A stretch of DNA of 64,000 nucleotides. Source: Trypanosoma brucei (lineage: Eukaryota). The stretch covers positions 4,096,001 to 4,160,000 of the forward strand of contig CH464491.1 in the NCBI GenBank assembly GCA_000002445.1. The letters are read 5' to 3'. The translations under genes and the position numbers were made by a program. This document shows positions 41,411-51,428 of this stretch, piece after piece (positions within the stretch are counted from its first letter, which is position 1; the number at the start of each line of letters is the position of its first letter). Under the pieces are notes generated by a model that did not search any database, was not told where the DNA came from, and saw nothing but the letters and a program-made list of their open reading frames with translations.

Positions 41411-43675
41411 TCAGTTATTGTCATCAAGTATATCCTTCGCAAGCCGCCACCCCCACGGGTTCTCTGCACACGGGTATGGTGGGGCGAGGAGGAGACCCTG
41501 CCGCTTCCGTTCCGCATCCTCCGCAACGTGACGAAGTGCCTGTTGTACCGCAGACACTCCCGTACCCCAAAATAGCAGTGGTTTGTTAGGTACACTCCAT
41601 GCTTGACCTAGAAGTTCCGGTTGAAACGTGCGTCGCCGGCGCTCGAACGGGTTAGCAGCTTTCCGCTCATCATCTTCCCGCAATTCACGCCATGCTTGCA
41701 CATCTGCCGCAGACACGTACGACATGTTTTCTGGTATTGGTAACAGCGGTGGTCGTTCCGCCTCTTCCATGTTTTGGAGCCACTCCATTTCCGTTTTCAC
41801 ATCGTTCTCAATTATACCCAGGATACGCATTGTCATCTTTTCCTTGCGTTGTTGGTGAAGGGCACGTAACTCCTCCGCAATACTTTGTTCGCCACCTTTG
41901 AGGCTCCTTATGATTCGATTAAGCATACGTGCTTTCGTTGCCGCCGCGCTCTGCACGTGGCGGTCCCGGATAACCCTAAGAGTTATTTCACGGATCTTTT
42001 CAAAGAGGGATGATGCCTCCGCATCGTCGTACACGTTAAACATTCCTGGTCCAACCTCACAATGATCTCCCTCGGTTTTGGCGGACTGGATGGCTGATCC
42101 CTCCCCCTCAGGAGGTGACGTCATGTTGCATTGGGCTGTTTTCTTTTCCATTATCTTTTCGTACAACTCCCGACATTGTGCTGCTTCCGGCATATTTTCC
42201 ACGCCGTCGAATAGCTTGGCATTTTCCCTGACGCACCTAATCTGCCGCTCCATCTGCATATGTGCAAGATACCGGAGGCGCTTTTCGTGCAACGATTCCA
42301 GACGTTTATCTTTGGGATCCATAAACATCTTCTCAACTAGGTTGACCACCTTTTGCGTTTTTATGCGGGCGACCTCGGCTTCGGCTTCGCAAGCAAATGC
42401 ATGACCTGTACCCGCAGTTTCTTTAATGTGCTTTACCGTCGATTCATCCCGTTGTTGGATTTGGAGTAGCTTTTGGTACTCTGGCGTGCTTTGCAGTGGG
42501 AGGAGCAATGCCCTTTCGTACCAGCGCTTGGCCCAATCCACGGGGTGTGCTCCCTCTTTAGATGAATAGTACTGGACAACGTCTAATGTGCTTAGCGTGG
42601 CGGCATCCATAGAGTATAGTTTGCGCAGACTTTCAATATACGCACTAAGATTCTCATCCTTTCCCGTGTGTTTGAAGCCACTGCCGAGTGTCAGCCGTGC
42701 AAAAACTTCGCAAAACTGTAGGAACTCCTCCTGGGCTTGCATCTCCGTCAGAACAGTTTCAGCGACGGCGATATCGAGGCCCACAGCGCGGTTAATAACG
42801 CGCTTAAGTCTCTCCATGCGCGACATCTTTCTGCTCCCACCCTTACGCCCCTTCACACCGCCCCTTTGCTGCGCCATCCTTCGAAGTCTTTCGATTTCTG
42901 CCAACTGATGATGCCGTTCCTCCAGTTTAACTTGCCGTAACCGCATCTCGGCATACTTGAACATATTGGCAAGGTGCTTCTGCGTTTCCAAATTGAGTTC
43001 CGCGGTGAGATTCGCCAGCATCCGTCTCTCAGCCTCCGTGCTGACACCTTCACGCTTTTTGTGAACGTAATCTGCAAACACTTGTTTCACGTGTGTCATC
43101 GCATTTTCCAGCCGGTGAACGTTTTCGGGATCGAAAAGGGAGGCATCAGCAGCATCGTATACGGCTTGCGACACACCGAGGGAGTACTGTGGATTCTTGA
43201 GGTGCACCGGCAAACCCAGTTTGACACGCTCGTACTCGTCTCGCACCGTTTTCCGTGGATCTAACTCAAAAACGTCAGCCATTGTGGTTTCGAAATACCT
43301 TCGGCGCTGCTGCTCTGTTGTTTCTGTGGGATGCTCCTGAAGCACTTTGTGCATGTACTTCGCAAAGGCATGCTTTTCGTCAACTGGCACACCTTCCCAT
43401 TCGGCGTCCGTCATGTGCTTTGCGCGCTCCGCCACCTCGCAACCAACACGACGCGTTGCCTCCTTTGAACGCTCCCCCTTGCTCCGTGGTGCTCTCGCTG
43501 AAGGTGAGCCGCCAAGCTCGGCATACAGCGCCTGTCGCTCGAAGTTTTCGCCCTGAGCCTTCTGAGCGGCCACCATTCGACGAACTTTCGCACGTTGACT
43601 ACGGGGATTTAGCAGCGAACTTCCAGGGGCTGGAACAAAGGCAGAGCGTCGGAAAAAAGGTATTGTGTGCCGCAT
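41411..43675 (-). CDS. hypothetical protein (754 aa), charged and helical, with an N-terminus resembling a mitochondrial presequence
   Basis: True ATG (cat at 43673..43675). Starts MRHTIPFFRRSAFVPAPGS.. Non-repetitive. Its last ~68 codons lie inside duplication copy A and recur as a fragment in copy B. Confidence 0.5.
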   Translation of the reverse strand: MRHTIPFFRRSAFVPAPGSSLLNPRSQRAKVRRMVAAQKAQGENFERQALYAELGGSPSARAPRSKGERSKEATRRVGCEVAERAKHMTDAEWEGVPVDEKHAFAKYMHKVLQEHPTETTEQQRRRYFETTMADVFELDPRKTVRDEYERVKLGLPVHLKNPQYSLGVSQAVYDAADASLFDPENVHRLENAMTHVKQVFADYVHKKREGVSTEAERRMLANLTAELNLETQKHLANMFKYAEMRLRQVKLEERHHQLAEIERLRRMAQQRGGVKGRKGGSRKMSRMERLKRVINRAVGLDIAVAETVLTEMQAQEEFLQFCEVFARLTLGSGFKHTGKDENLSAYIESLRKLYSMDAATLSTLDVVQYYSSKEGAHPVDWAKRWYERALLLPLQSTPEYQKLLQIQQRDESTVKHIKETAGTGHAFACEAEAEVARIKTQKVVNLVEKMFMDPKDKRLESLHEKRLRYLAHMQMERQIRCVRENAKLFDGVENMPEAAQCRELYEKIMEKKTAQCNMTSPPEGEGSAIQSAKTEGDHCEVGPGMFNVYDDAEASSLFEKIREITLRVIRDRHVQSAAATKARMLNRIIRSLKGGEQSIAEELRALHQQRKEKMTMRILGIIENDVKTEMEWLQNMEEAERPPLLPIPENMSYVSAADVQAWRELREDDERKAANPFERRRRTFQPELLGQAWSVPNKPLLFWGTGVSAVQQALRHVAEDAERKRQGLLLAPPYPCAENPWGWRLAKDILDDNN

Positions 43676-46376
43676 ATTAGTAGAATTCTAAAAAAAAAAA
43701 CGTACGCCTTTCGAATCGTTAAATATTGGGCTCCTCCACGTAGGGGTGAGCCTGAGAAAACAAGCAGATGGGTCCGATAAATACTCTTACAATAGAGCTG
43801 TTACAAAGGTTTTATGTATTTTTCTCCCTTGAATGATCTTCTTCCCACCATTAAGTGATAAAAGAAAAGAAAGCAGGGGAGATGAGAGTCATAGTGAAGT
43901 TAAAGAAGTGCCATAAACCCCTATTAAAGGACGTCACTAAAAGGAACTGAATAGCAGGTACATCCTGATGCAAACAGGAAACACATCGCACTTGTTTACG
44001 ATGTGGAAGCACAAAATAATGGGGGTGAAAATGTACGGGAAACCACATCTATACACAAAGAATTTGTTCCAGGCACCTGTACGAAATATTTTCATAAACC
44101 CTGCGGCATTCCCAAAATGAAAGTAGTGCCTTAAGCCGAAAGCGGCATCCAAGGCGGCAAACCAAAACTGAAAAGGGGAAAAACAGCGCCTCAACGAAGC
44201 AACCATCTATCCCCATGGGAACAAGCCAACAAACTTTATCCAGGTGGTTCGGGGAGTTCTGTAGCTTCGCTACAAAACACAACGTCTGCCGGTGGCACCA
44301 GGCGCCCCACAATAACTTCCAGTGCCTTTTCAAGCGCAAGCAGGCCCTCGCCCTGCCCAGAAGTTGAACACCAACCTGCCACGTCCGGTAAAATGTAAGG
44401 TATAGGAGCATCATCCGAATGTTCAAAATCATTAAAGGAGGCATCACCGAGACATACAAATAGCGGGTTATCATCCTTCCTAACAACTTTATCGTCCCCC
44501 TGCAAGGGACAATTTACAGAGCCGTTGATATGCAGTGGCGTGGAGCAAAACATATCAACAGCAAATCGCCGCTAAAACTAAAACAAAATAGAACAAAAGC
44601 GCAAGAAGACGATAGGACACATATGCCAATACGTAAAATCAGTCACTCAATAAAAGAAACAGCCTAAAATATTAACCGGTATCACCGACGGCAGTAGTAA
44701 TAATTACACAACACGTATATATATATGAAGTACAAAGGGTATCAAGAGAAGCACAGCAACAGCTACATGAAAGCGGACACACACAGCATAACCACTTCAC
44801 TCTCTTCGGTCAGCAAACCAACAAAAACCATAACATGGGTAAGTCTTGGATTAGAAACCGAATTAATCCGGATACGAAAAAGGGGGTCCAAAAAGATAGA
44901 AGAGTGTGGCGATGTAGAGAAAAAGACAAAGTGAGTTGTGTGACTCACATGACAATAGGGAAAGCGGAAAACAGATCCGTATCCCCTCACCCAACTAATA
45001 CAGCAGCTTCCCACTACTCAAATTAATGAAGGCGCTGACGCAATAAGGATGTGGATCTGAATTATACCTCAGTGGGTGGATGCAGCAACAAGTTGCTATG
45101 ATGTCATGGCAAGAAAGTGCCTAACTACGGGGAGGTACACAAACAAAGTAAACACGGCAGCGCACATGGAGGCATTCCAAACAGTAATCCAAAACACAAC
45201 ATATATAGATCTTGTGGGAGGGGAATGTGCTATATATATATATATATATATATATATACGTAACCACTAATATCAAATCGAGAAGAATTAGGAAAGAGGG
45301 AAACGTGAGCAACAAATAAACCATCTGTCAGAAAACGTAACGCATCAGTGTACACAAACACACACAACTCTGGGGTAGTAATGTGCCACACTCCAGAAAA
45401 CAAGAATCAAACTGAAGCATTTGATCATCAGTTTCACCACACACGAAGGTAAGGGGATATATGAAACCAGATTCGCAGGGCTCCTCACAAGTACCACACT
45501 TCATCGCGCTGCCCAGTCAGACCACCAAACACCACGTGCGATGTGTGCAGACAAAAGGGAAGTTTGTGTTGGATGCAGGAAAAGGTATAGTGGCAAAGGG
45601 ATTTAAAGGACAAAAAGAAGGGATAAAATAGAAAACACTATACAACACGTAATGCAACGTCTCAACCATAGGGATTAAACACCTAAAGGCTTACCCACCC
45701 ACAACCCCAACCGCAGAAAATCCAATAATAATGGTGAGGAGGAGGGAAACAGCCTCTCTAAACAGCGTACCATAGAGACATTTGCGAAAAGGAAATATTA
45801 TTAAGCAAAAAAGCGTAAAAAGGGAGGCGAGGCAAGGAATCACAAAATACTAACTTAATTACTACAGGCAGATAAATAAGGGTAAAAAAAAACAACTATT
45901 GCCGCTACTCAGTATCATAGTCAACAAAAGTTTTTTCGTTGTGCCTCTATAACGCGATAACTAATATTTTTAAAAAACCATAAATTAATTCGTAGAGATT
46001 TCCTCAAACTCTTACATTGCGATAAAGAGATTATCCTTTTTTTTTTTACAGATATTCATCATTGACGTTAAAAAAGTTGTAGATATGGCTATGCAGCGTC
46101 CGCGGGGGAGAGCGGCATCCAACAAACCATATAATGCAGTTTTCTTACTTCATCCACTAATATTACCAAGTTGCATCATTGATTCATAGGCCTCCCATCA
46201 TCAGTGGCATTATGTGAGACATGCATTTTCAACCCCATATCGCTGTCGCAAATGCCTAAATTCACACAAGAAAGGGGATGAACGAGAAGAATAAAAAAAA
46301 CAAGAGGGAAAACAAAGAAGGAAAAGAAAAGAAAAGAGGGTATACTTCAATTAGGTCACGGGTTCTGACACATCCG

Positions 46377-47765
46377 CTACTTCTTAACCTCGTCGTAAAT
46401 GGTTAATGCCGTACCAAACACAACAGCGAATACGCCGACAATGAGCAACTGGTATGTGACAGCGTAGTTGAACCACCCAACCTCTTTCAGAGAGAAGTTC
46501 CCCGCATACATGTAATACAGTGCTGGTAGAATAAAAGCAAGGAAGCCACCACAGAAACTTCCAAGAAAGTTGAAGACAACTTCAATACTGGGTAGCACAA
46601 GTCCCAGTACGAGAGCGAGGGTAGCCAAGACACCACTCACTACGAGGTTCTTCCAGCTGTCAACATCAGACGTCTTCCCCCATCCCAATACATAATAAAT
46701 CGCATCACGAGATGGCTGGATGCAAATAGCGAACCCCCCACAAATCTTGATAGCGATGCCAACATACCCGATGGCCATCATCACATCATCTTGTGGTTTG
46801 TACAATTTGAGTACGGAGCCTTCTAGATCATTCCCGAAATCAAGATAACCGAAGATACCAGACAAGAAATACAGGAGACCAACCATCGACATCGCCACAC
46901 TACTGTCGCGCGTCATTCGCCGTGGGGTGGGTCCCTTCATCTCTTCATACACCTCAAAACAATTCACCTGACATATGAAGGCAAATACAAACAGTGTGAA
47001 GCCATTCAGAATCCCCCATCCATCACCGACGAGTCGAATGTCCGATCCTATCCCGTCTTTCAAGCCATTCATCGCAGCGTGTACAATCATGCATATCACA
47101 AAGAAAACAATGAAGAAAACACCCACAGCAGAAGCATATCGAAGTGAGTTAATCTCCTTGGGAAGCGAGAGTGGTAACATGGCAACCAACCAAACTACAC
47201 CAACAATAACGTTCTTTCCCATCGATGTCCTCAGGAATCCAGTTGTTGAAGGCTGATTCAAAAGTGGAGAGAGTAAGTCACCCACTGATATCACGTACCC
47301 AACGCAGGTTCCAAAGCAGAAAACAAACATCAAGAAAGCCGTAAAGTAGTCTGCACCGCGGCCAAGCAACCCACACGCCATCTCCTCATACGAACGGAAT
47401 CCAGTTTTGTCCCTAGTGATCACGAGTATGCGGATAGAGTACACTGTGGTGAAGCAGATGTACACCAACATTAACGTGGCAATTATTATGCCAGAGTTGA
47501 GGAAACCAGAAGGCAGCATCACAATTCCAGCACCAAGGGTAGCACTCTCCAGGTTAAACACATTTGACGCCATTCCACCAGACGGAACAACTCCCTTGAT
47601 GGGGTCAAATACCGTGTTCAGGCAGCCCCTGTGCTCCCCGTCAGCAGCTGCTGTAGATTTATCGCTGTCTGGAGGTAATTCCAACACATTACCCTGAGAC
47701 AAGCTTGGTATTAAGGTTGGGTGTTCGTCCTCGTTTATTATTGGCTCTGTTGCCCTGGGTGACAT
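46377..47765 (-). CDS. amino acid transporter (Aa_trans/AAAP family), copy 2
   Basis: 462 aa, differing from copy 1 at only about 3 residues (I/V, Y/S in ..KG(I/V)VP(Y/S)GGMASN.. and V/G in ..KIC(V/G)GFAIC..). Same flanking sequence. Confidence 0.85.
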   Translation of the reverse strand: MSPRATEPIINEDEHPTLIPSLSQGNVLELPPDSDKSTAAADGEHRGCLNTVFDPIKGVVPSGGMASNVFNLESATLGAGIVMLPSGFLNSGIIIATLMLVYICFTTVYSIRILVITRDKTGFRSYEEMACGLLGRGADYFTAFLMFVFCFGTCVGYVISVGDLLSPLLNQPSTTGFLRTSMGKNVIVGVVWLVAMLPLSLPKEINSLRYASAVGVFFIVFFVICMIVHAAMNGLKDGIGSDIRLVGDGWGILNGFTLFVFAFICQVNCFEVYEEMKGPTPRRMTRDSSVAMSMVGLLYFLSGIFGYLDFGNDLEGSVLKLYKPQDDVMMAIGYVGIAIKICGGFAICIQPSRDAIYYVLGWGKTSDVDSWKNLVVSGVLATLALVLGLVLPSIEVVFNFLGSFCGGFLAFILPALYYMYAGNFSLKEVGWFNYAVTYQLLIVGVFAVVFGTALTIYDEVKK

Positions 47766-48007
47766 CTGCAGTTAACGTGAGTACTTAACTTTACAATATG
47801 CGCAGTAAGTGAGGAAAAGTAAGAAAATAAGAAAAAAAGAAAAGGAGTCAAACGCCCTGGCGTAACACAACAGTATATGACACAAACAATCAGGGAGGCG
47901 TAACCACAACATAAACACACAACACACAGATGCGAAAATGAGAGTAAGGACATAGAACTCAAACAGGAGCATTATCCACGCATCTTCACGCAACGCTTCC
48001 CACAACC

Positions 48008-48220
48008 TCAGTTATTGTCATCAAGTATATCCTTCGCAAGCCGCCACCCCCACGGGTTCTCTGCACACGGGTATGGTGGGGCGAGGAGGAGACCCTGCCG
48101 CTTCCGTTCCGCATCCTCCGCAACGTGACGAAGTGCCTGTTGTACCGCAGACACTCCCGTACCCCAAAATAGCAGTGGTTTGTTAGGTACACTCCATGCT
48201 TGACCTAGAAGTTCCGGTTG
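48008..48220 (-). pseudogene. truncated 3' fragment of the 754-aa gene created by the duplication breakpoint (last ~68 codons + stop only)
   Basis: The translation ..QPELLGQAWSVPNKPLLFWGTGVSAVQQALRHVAEDAERKRQGLLLAPPYPCAENPWGWRLAKDILDDNN is identical to the C-terminus of the gene at 41411..43675. Upstream of the junction the sequence is unrelated. The M in the ORF track is a TTG. Confidence 0.7.
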
Positions 48221-49054
48221 CAAATTGTAGATAAAGTTTTCGTGGGTAGGGTTGCGCTAACGACTGTTATCCGTATGTTGTTTCAATGAGTATTGTTATC
48301 GCCTTGCAAATGTTCTTTTTCAAGATTTGGAGGAGAAGGAAGCTCTTCGCCTTTTTTCATCGAATCATTCTTTATAACACGAACGTTACGTTGATCCATT
48401 GCGTTTCTGTTCTTTAAATGTTTGAAATCTGAAACTTTTGTCGCATATCAATTGGAACCTATTCTTCTCGTTTGTGTGTGTGTATTTATTAAAAGCTGTC
48501 TCACTTACCTGCTTTTTCGCGTCGTGTTACCTTCCCCCACACTTTAATCACTTTTTCAAACAGCTGACTTTGATTGTTACACTTTTTCCGCAGCGTAACG
48601 CAAGGAAATGCGATAAATCTTTCCCATAACAAAATGTATTTGTTGCACAAAACGACATTTCAGTGAGATGCTACCCCGATCACATTTGTAATGCAGGTAC
48701 ATCGTGTTTTAGTTTCACTCAACCAGGGTTCCACTTGGCAATGGTCACCCGAAACCATTCTGTATATTACATAATCCGCACCGCATGAATACGAAGAGAG
48801 CATTTGTACGTGCCCAAGGGATGTTTAGTGATTTTACTATCCGTGAAAGGGGTAAAAAGGGATTGATTGAGTCCTCTTTGTTCCCTCCACCCCTTTCGGC
48901 AAATGTCAGACTTTTCCTTTCCTTTGCTCCCCCCCCCCAAGGCACACACGTGATTCGTTCAACACATTTATTGGCTAATACACATGCACCGTGCGAGGAT
49001 AGGCGTACGGGTCTAGGGTGAAGAGCACACAAATACACCCAACCATCGGATCCT

Positions 49055-50209
49055 TTACGAAGGGCTCATAAATAACTTTACTACGATAAACATAATGATC
49101 AGTAACTGCATAAAAAAGAAGGACCAAAGTTTGTCAAGGCTGGCCTCCAAGGCTACGATGCGATCACGCTGCTCCAACCATCGTTGTCGTAGTGACTGTA
49201 TGTGTACATCCCGTGCTGCGTGGTGAAGTGCCTTATCCTGGGTTAACGACGGCCTTGCAGTTTTTGTATCAGCAGACGAACCCATGTTGAGGGCGTCGGC
49301 CAAAGAACTGGGATGTGGAGCGCTGTTCATCGTTTGATCGTTCACTCGGGCTGACAATAACGAAGTCATACGCCCGATATTTTGGAGTCCGGCCAAGTGC
49401 CACAAAAGTGAAACTGCGACAACCAAAGCAAGAACAAGCAGCAGACCCTGGAAAAGTGTACTGCTTTGGCCCACTTCCTCACTAGCGGATGGTTCGCTGA
49501 CAGAAGTTTCCTTTGCTGAGTAGGTACCCTCAGATACATCTGACGTCTGCACACATAGAACATCACCGGTCAGATCCTTCGAAATCATTTCCAGCATCTG
49601 CTGATATGCCCGCGTCATCTCCTTTATTGCCCGCGGATTAGCCATATATTGGATGGCAGCAAAGCCCATACTCATTTTCTTGCAACCACCGTACACGGCC
49701 AATGTGATATCTGCATCCTCAGAGGGTGCGGTAATTTCAAGAAGTGCCTCTGTCCGGAAGGTCGTTCCCATTGGTACATTTGGTGTCTGAGAGGATACGT
49801 GATACACGAGTGTTATACCACCACTTGTTGATGACGTGTAGGCAAAACGGTGCGCCTGATTAAGGGTAGTGTCGACGGGCCCTCTGGGTAAGTCCACGGT
49901 GCATTGGAAAGTTAGCGTTCGAAACCCGCTGGCCATGTCCGGCGCGTACTCCCACTTACTCAGCTCCAAGTTCGTCTCTTTTCGACTCCCGTGGTAACGC
50001 TGCAAGAACTCAGCTTTGTCGGAGAAAATAGCATCCCACAACTTGGCTACTGTAACTCCCTTCATCAGTGCCGGTGGGATCATACACTTCTTTTCCTTTA
50101 CCTTGTCGTGTGGTGAAAACATGTTTCTCGATATGCCCATGGTGTACTGCTGCTTATCGAACAAAGCCTGGGCGCTTGCCCCAGAAGCATATCGAATCTC
50201 CCCAGACAT
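49055..50209 (-). CDS. hypothetical membrane protein (~384 aa) with one internal and one C-terminal hydrophobic segment
   Basis: The ORF-track start is GTG; I trimmed to the ATG at 50207..50209 (MSGEIRYASG..). Hydrophobic segments LLLVLALVVAVSLLW and LLIIMFIVVKLF. The N-terminal region ..VTVAKLWDAIFSDKAEFLQRY.. faintly recalls lipid-transfer (VASt-like) domains. That is speculative. Confidence 0.4.
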   Translation of the reverse strand: MSGEIRYASGASAQALFDKQQYTMGISRNMFSPHDKVKEKKCMIPPALMKGVTVAKLWDAIFSDKAEFLQRYHGSRKETNLELSKWEYAPDMASGFRTLTFQCTVDLPRGPVDTTLNQAHRFAYTSSTSGGITLVYHVSSQTPNVPMGTTFRTEALLEITAPSEDADITLAVYGGCKKMSMGFAAIQYMANPRAIKEMTRAYQQMLEMISKDLTGDVLCVQTSDVSEGTYSAKETSVSEPSASEEVGQSSTLFQGLLLVLALVVAVSLLWHLAGLQNIGRMTSLLSARVNDQTMNSAPHPSSLADALNMGSSADTKTARPSLTQDKALHHAARDVHIQSLRQRWLEQRDRIVALEASLDKLWSFFFMQLLIIMFIVVKLFMSPS

Positions 50210-50665
50210 AGCAATCACACGCCTCCAATATATATGACTGTGCTGATATCAGGCCTACCGTGGTACGGAAAAGTACAACCGCAGAATATGGTGTACTTAA
50301 AACAAGTAACAATCGTTACTAAGAGGGAAAGGTTCTCCAAGATACGGGCTAGGATGTCAAACAAAAAAAATCGTTCAACAGAGACGCCCACCCAACGATA
50401 TTAAAACCTACGGTTAAACACTAGAATTTTTTTTGAAAAAAAAAACACCTTTCCAGTGAACAAATTATAATGGTAGACGGTAAGCGAAAAAGTAGTGATA
50501 CCACAAAAAACACCAACAACAGGCATTCGAAAAGGTAAGGAAGCATAAGCAAGGCAGCGAAGACGCTACCAACAGGGCAACTATGTATTATAAAACGTTT
50601 AGGAGTGCAGCACACCTGCCACCTCGTGCGGTGGGAACCCTACCACTGTCAGCAAGAAGTGCTCC

Positions 50666-51260
50666 AAAAAAAAATCCTAAAGAACAAAAAGTACCAGAGA
50701 GGAGCCAGTGCGAGCTTAGAAGCGAAGGCGCTGGAAGAACCAACGGTTGTTACCGGCGTTGTAGCGGGCCTGAAACAGACGTTTCACCAACTGCTTCGAC
50801 TTCGCCTTCTTCGATGCGTCGGAAACATTGATGCGACCGCGCAGTTCACGCGAGAGGTCCATGTTGTATCGGGTTGGTAGAAAGTGCTTGTGATTCACAA
50901 CGCGGAGGAACACACCAACTTGCGAGCGGCGTGTGATGGAGCGCTTGCTCATCCCGCGCACAACCTTTCTTGGGTATTTTTTAATTCCGGCGAGCAACGA
51001 ATGACCGTACGGGCGCTCCTTGTTCCTCGTATCCGTGTTCTGCACGATCACAGCCTTCTTGCCGGCATACCGGCCCGAAGTCATGATCACAACCTTGCCG
51101 GGCTTCAGAAACTTCATCACTGCCAGCACACTAATCCAGTGGGAAATGACAAGAAATAAAAGGACAGCAGATGGGAGATAGCAAGGGTAATAAAGAGTGA
51201 GTATACAAACAGGTTTCAAAGGCATTGGAACGGTGCCGGTGGAAAGACCATTCGGGAAAT
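50666..51260. repeat. ~595-bp direct repeat carrying a complete L27 gene, copy A
   Basis: Identical to 54577..55171 (offset 3911 bp), apart from a mismatch near the right end. Confidence 0.9.
50716..51117 (-). CDS. RPL27: 60S ribosomal protein L27 (133 aa), copy 1
   Basis: MKFLKPGKVVIMTSGRYAGKKAVIVQNTD...RYNAGNNRWFFQRLRF is an unmistakable eukaryotic L27e sequence. The ATG (cat at 51115..51117) was chosen over the upstream in-frame extension, which reads through spacer. Confidence 0.9.
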   Translation of the reverse strand: MKFLKPGKVVIMTSGRYAGKKAVIVQNTDTRNKERPYGHSLLAGIKKYPRKVVRGMSKRSITRRSQVGVFLRVVNHKHFLPTRYNMDLSRELRGRINVSDASKKAKSKQLVKRLFQARYNAGNNRWFFQRLRF

Positions 51261-51428
51261 TGATTGTACAGCACTTTTCAGTGGTGGAGAACATTTATGT
51301 GTGAAATGTAGAAAGGGTAGTGATGGAATTGAGGGTAAAGAACGGTAACATGAAGGGGCAACGGGGGTTCAGTCACCATGTGCCTCACTCTTCAACTTTG
51401 ATGAGTTTTGTGCCCACTCCAGCCTCCA

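Larger units (their letters stand above)
38116..41623. repeat. segmental duplication, copy A (3.5 kb): transporter 3' flank + AAT gene + 5' spacer + last 210 bp of the upstream 754-aa gene
   Basis: Near-identical to 44671..48220. The copy offset is 6555 bp at the left end, 6559 bp after a (TA)12 vs (TA)14 microsatellite, and 6597 bp after a replaced block at 39237..39487. Confidence 0.9.
44671..48220. repeat. segmental duplication, copy B (3.55 kb)
   Basis: See copy A. The left junction is A ..gttc|attaaccggtatcacc vs B ..aaat|attaaccggtatcacc. The right junction is ..gaagttccggttg|aaacg (A) vs |caaatt (B). Confidence 0.9.

Noticed and set aside
49055-50209. Assignment of the 384-aa membrane protein to the VASt/GRAM lipid-transfer family
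   Set aside because: The resemblance rests on a short stretch. It is insufficient without profile search and is kept only as a speculative remark.
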